From contig CAVZJB010000012.1 in NCBI GenBank assembly GCA_963775425.1, positions 128,001 through 192,000 on the forward strand: DNA of 64,000 nt, written 5' to 3'. This DNA comes from an uncultured delta proteobacterium. Lineage in GTDB: Bacteria > Myxococcota > UBA727 > VGSZ01. Positions within the stretch are counted from its first letter, which is position 1. Every line of letters starts with the position of its first letter. Shown in pieces: positions 60,560-64,000 of the stretch. The position numbers and the translations under genes were made by a program. The notes under the pieces were generated by a model. The model searched no databases, was not told the DNA's origin, and was given only the letters and a program-made list of their open reading frames with translations.

Positions 60560-61311
60560 CGCGTGAGCGCCCCGAGGTCGACGGAGATGGCCGTGACGAC
60601 GATCTCGATGACCACGCACGCGACGAGGGCGTTCACCACCGCGCGCAAGGTCACGCGCGGCACGTCCGTCGACGACGCGCCCGCCGACAGCCCCTGGGCG
60701 GCGCAGATGCCGGCGATGGCGGTGCCGTACAGGAAGCTCTTGGCGACGGCGACGGCGATGTCCTGCACCGTCATCGCGTGAAAGAGCGTGTGCTCGAGCC
60801 CGACGAAGGTGAGCGACGCGCTCGACAGCGCCGCGAACGAAAAGCCCGCCACGAACGCGACGCCGATGAACACCACGGTGAGGCTCGCGACGGCGACGGC
60901 GACGCCGACCACGCGCGGGAACACCAGGTACGCGAGCGGGTCGACGCCGACGCCCAGGAGGCCGTCGATCTCGCCGCGGGTCCTCATCGTCGACAGCTCC
61001 GCGGCGATGGCGGCGCCGGAGCGCGCGGCGACGATGAAGGCGACGAGCACCGGGCCGAGCTCCTTTTCGATGAGGAGCACGAGCAGGCGCGCCATCAGCT
61101 CCGCCTGGCCCACCTCGGGCAGGCTGTTCGCCGACTGCACGATGATGACGACGCCGACGGTGACCGCGACGAGGCCGATGAGCGGGACGGCCTCGATCCC
61201 GGTGAAGAGAATCTGTCGGAACGTCGTCCTTCGCAGGGCCGCGCGCGCCGGCCCCGGCAGCCGGAAGAAGCCGCGCACGGTGGCGACGAGGAGCGCGGTG
61301 GTGGACAGCAC
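60556..61311 (-). CDS. MlaE family ABC permease
   Basis: KELGPVLVAFIVAARSGAAIAAELSTM, GVDPLAYLVFPR, DVPRVT..AVV. Confidence 0.92.
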   Translation of the reverse strand: MLSTTALLVATVRGFFRLPGPARAALRRTTFRQILFTGIEAVPLIGLVAVTVGVVIIVQSANSLPEVGQAELMARLLVLLIEKELGPVLVAFIVAARSGAAIAAELSTMRTRGEIDGLLGVGVDPLAYLVFPRVVGVAVAVASLTVVFIGVAFVAGFSFAALSSASLTFVGLEHTLFHAMTVQDIAVAVAKSFLYGTAIAGICAAQGLSAGASSTDVPRVTLRAVVNALVACVVIEIVVTAISVDLGALTR

Positions 61312-61399
61312 CCGGGCCGTATCCGACGCCGCCCGGCGCCCGGCAAGCCGCGGCGCCCGCGACGGCGCGCGGAAAACGGTGCTATCCCCGGACGCCCGC

Positions 61400-61446
61400 T
61401 TGCCCCGGCAGGGGCCCGTGGCTAAAATGGCCATGTAGATGGCTAT
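61400..61446 (+). promoter_or_regulatory. sigma70-type promoter of the TA operon with TGGCYA repeats (candidate antitoxin operator)
   Basis: TTGCCC-N17-TAAAAT; TGGCTA/TGGCCA/TGGCTA at 61419, 61428 and 61440. Confidence 0.6.
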
Positions 61447-61464
61447 GGGACGACGGAGGCCGCC

Positions 61465-61788
61465 ATGACGACGGACAACAACGATCTGAAGGGCGCGGAC
61501 CTGCGCCGCCAGAGCTCGATCGCCGACGCGCGCGATCGGCTGGCGAGCCTCGTCCACGACGTCGAAGAGGGCGCGCCCGTCGAGATTACGCGCCGCGGGC
61601 GCCCGGTCGCCGTGCTCGTCAGCTACCACGAGTACCAGCGGCTCCTCGGCGAAGGTCCGAGCTTCTGGGACGCCATGCTCGCCTACCGCTCCTCCGCCCA
61701 GCTCGATGATCCGCAAGCCCTCGGCATCGAGCCCTCCGACTTCCCGCGCGACAACAGCCCCGGCCGTGGCACCCCCTTCCCCGACTGA
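61465..61788 (+). CDS. Phd/YefM family antitoxin
   Basis: SIADARDRLASLV..VE.G.PVEITRRGRPVAVLVS. Confidence 0.92.
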   Translation: MTTDNNDLKGADLRRQSSIADARDRLASLVHDVEEGAPVEITRRGRPVAVLVSYHEYQRLLGEGPSFWDAMLAYRSSAQLDDPQALGIEPSDFPRDNSPGRGTPFPD

Positions 61789-61811
61789 CCCGGCCCCGCT
61801 CCCCCGTCGTC

Positions 61812-62228
61812 GTGCCCCTCAAATACCTCCTCGACACGAACATCCTCTCCGAGCCCCTGCGCGCCCGGCCCGCGTCGTCCGTCCTGGAAAAGCTCAAGGC
61901 GCACGAGCGCGAGCTGTGCACTGCCACCATCGTCTGGCACGAGCTGCGCTACGGCTGCGTGCGCCTCCCGGACGGCGCGCGCCGCCAGGTCATCGAGCGC
62001 TACCTCGACGAGGTCATCGGGCTCACGCTCCCGCTCCTGCCCTATGACGCCAACGCCGCCGCCTGGCACGCCGAGGAGCGCGCGCGCCTCGAGAAGAAGG
62101 GGCGCACGCCGCCCTTCGTCGACGGCATGATCGCCGCCGTCGCCGCCGTCCACGGCCTCTCGCTCGTCACCAACAACACCGCGGACTACGAGAACTTCCA
62201 CGACCTCGACGTCGTGAGCTGGCACTGA
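61812..62228 (+). CDS. vapC: VapC PIN-domain toxin
   Basis: YLLDTNILSE, HELRYG, DGMIAAVA, LVTNN..DY. Confidence 0.92.
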   Translation: MPLKYLLDTNILSEPLRARPASSVLEKLKAHERELCTATIVWHELRYGCVRLPDGARRQVIERYLDEVIGLTLPLLPYDANAAAWHAEERARLEKKGRTPPFVDGMIAAVAAVHGLSLVTNNTADYENFHDLDVVSWH

Positions 62229-62253
62229 CCCCGGGCGCGCGGGACGAGCCCGG

Positions 62254-63717
62254 TCACGTGACGTCGACGATGAGGGTCTTTTCGTCCGTCATCGCGTGCA
62301 GCGAGTGCTTGCCGCCGATGCGGCCGGTGCCGCTGCCGCGCACGCCGCCGAACGGGACGTGGAGCTCCCAGTAGTTGGTGGTCTCGTTGACGTTGACGAC
62401 GCCGGCGCGCACGCGCTCGGACAGCGCGAACGCGCGCGCGAGGTCTTTGGTGAACACGGCGGCGACGAGGCCGTAGTCGCCGGCGTCGGCGAGGCGCCAC
62501 AGCTCGTCGTCGCCGGAGAACGTGGCGATGGGGGCGACGGGGCCGAAGGTCTCCTCGTCGAACACGGCCATCCCCGGGCCGACGCCGTCGACGACGGTGG
62601 CCTCGTAGAACAGTGGTGTGGGCCGGTCGGGCGCGCGGCGGCCGCCGCACAGGACGCGCGCGCCCCTGGCCCGGGCGTCGTCGACGTGGCGCGCGGTCTT
62701 GTCGGCGACGGCGGCGTTGTTGAGCGGCCCGAGCGTGGTCGACGGGTCGAGCGGATCGCCGAGCACGCGCGCGCGCGCCTCCGCCACCAGCGCCTCGACG
62801 AAGCGATCGTGCACGCGCGCGTCGACGAGGATGCGCTCGGCCGCCGAGCACGACTGCCCCGCGCACAAAAAGGCGCCGACCGCGCACGCCTTGGCCGCGC
62901 GCTCGAGGTCGGCGTCGGCGCAGACGATGATGGGGCCGTTGCCGCCGAGCTCGAGGAGCAGCGGCTTGCCCGCGGCCCGCGCCGCGATCTTCCTGCCCGT
63001 CACGGTGCTGCCGATGAACGCCACCCCGTGCGTGCCGGGGTGCGCCACGGCCGCGTCGCCGACCACGGCGCCGGCGCCGGTGACGAGGTTGACGGCGCCG
63101 CACAGGCCCGCCGGGCGCAGCCCCTCGTCGATGCAACGCGCCAGCGCCGCCGCACACAACGACGTCGACGGCGCCGCCACCCACACCACCGCGTTGCCCG
63201 CGGCCAGCGCGGGCGCGAGCAGCTCCGCGGGCATGGTGAGCGGCCAGTTCCAGGGCGTCACCACTGCGTAGACCCCGCGCGGGCGGCGCACCACGAAGAT
63301 GCGCTTGCCGCGCTCCGCCGACGGCAGCAGCTCGCCCTCGAGGCGGCGCCCCTCCTCGGCCCATACGCGGAAGCACTCGGCGGCCTCGTCCACCTCGGGG
63401 AGCGCCTCGCTGGCGAGCGGCTTGCCCTGCTCGCGCGCCACGAGCAGCCCGAGCTCCTCGCGGTGCGCGAGGATGGCGTCGGCCACGCGCAAGAGCACCT
63501 CGGCGCGCTCGGCGCCGCTCATGGTCGCGAGCGTCTTCGCCGCGCCCGCGGCGGCGACGACGGCGCGCTCGACGTCGTCGACGGTGCCCTGGGTGACGGC
63601 GCCGAGGCGCTCGCCCGTGGAGGGGCTCATGGCGTCTACACGCTCGGGCCCGCCCTCGAAGGCGCCGTCGATGTAGAGGGTCTCGCCGTCCGTGAAGTCG
63701 TGGATGCGCGCGGTCAT
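62254..63717 (-). CDS. NAD(P)-dependent aldehyde dehydrogenase
   Basis: TPWNWP, FIGSTVTG, LELGGNGP, AGQSC, EETFGP, PFGGVRGSG. Confidence 0.94.
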   Translation of the reverse strand: MTARIHDFTDGETLYIDGAFEGGPERVDAMSPSTGERLGAVTQGTVDDVERAVVAAAGAAKTLATMSGAERAEVLLRVADAILAHREELGLLVAREQGKPLASEALPEVDEAAECFRVWAEEGRRLEGELLPSAERGKRIFVVRRPRGVYAVVTPWNWPLTMPAELLAPALAAGNAVVWVAAPSTSLCAAALARCIDEGLRPAGLCGAVNLVTGAGAVVGDAAVAHPGTHGVAFIGSTVTGRKIAARAAGKPLLLELGGNGPIIVCADADLERAAKACAVGAFLCAGQSCSAAERILVDARVHDRFVEALVAEARARVLGDPLDPSTTLGPLNNAAVADKTARHVDDARARGARVLCGGRRAPDRPTPLFYEATVVDGVGPGMAVFDEETFGPVAPIATFSGDDELWRLADAGDYGLVAAVFTKDLARAFALSERVRAGVVNVNETTNYWELHVPFGGVRGSGTGRIGGKHSLHAMTDEKTLIVDVT

Positions 63718-64000
63718 GAGGCTCCTCCGGGCGGCACGGCGTCAGGCGGCGCGGTCGCCGCCGCCGGGGGCGCAGCGACGGCGGACCGGCCGTCGTCGGG
63801 AGCGGCGCGGGCGTAGGACGGCGGCTTGTCCGCCGCATTGTGGCGATAGAAGGGGACGTCGAGGGGCGGCAGCGGCTCGTTATGGAGGATGAGGTCGGCG
63901 GCCTTCTCCGCCATCATCACCACCGGCGCGTAGATGTTGCCGTTGGTGACGAACGGCATGGCCGAAGCGTCGACCACGGACAAGCCCTCGAGGCCGTGCA
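63714..64000 (-). CDS. C-terminus of a GMC oxidoreductase (choline dehydrogenase-like); start outside the window
   Basis: HGLEGLSVVDASAMPFVTNGNIYAPVVMMAEKAADLI; ATGA coupling to the aldehyde dehydrogenase. Confidence 0.88.
   Translation of the reverse strand, partial: HGLEGLSVVDASAMPFVTNGNIYAPVVMMAEKAADLILHNEPLPPLDVPFYRHNAADKPPSYARAAPDDGRSAVAAPPAAATAPPDAVPPGGAS

Overview
Very GC-rich (roughly 70% or more by eye), gene-dense bacterial window with a Myxococcota/deltaproteobacterial character: CglD-like TSP3/VWA lipoproteins, a Ser/Thr kinase, an FHA protein, a short Hsp70 and several (Glu-Gly)n-linker lipoproteins. Core genes include a split complex I set (nuoEF, nuoI, nuoABC-x-D), mog, a ybbN/cnoX-like thioredoxin, rnr, an Mla/Mce-type ABC locus, a Phd-VapC toxin-antitoxin pair and a GMC oxidoreductase/aldehyde dehydrogenase pair. 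The best candidate for an undescribed system is a compact, visibly lower-GC cluster at about 40.0-49.1 kb. It joins a proline-to-pyrrole starter trio (acyl-CoA dehydrogenase, stand-alone A domain with a Pro-type code, carrier protein) to a type II KS/CLF/ACP/KR elongation set, followed by an acetyltransferase, an MDR reductase and a GT2. Other points of interest: a twice-repeated 'GCDxxSC-domain protein + coupled Cys-rich lipoprotein' module, four lipoproteins with (EG)7-24 tethers, a tandem CglD-like paralog broken by one in-frame TGA, and a shared TGAC-N15-GTCA operator before a TetR and a ferritin-like gene. No rRNA, tRNA, CRISPR array or IS element was recognised. All calls come from reading motifs by eye; no database search was run.
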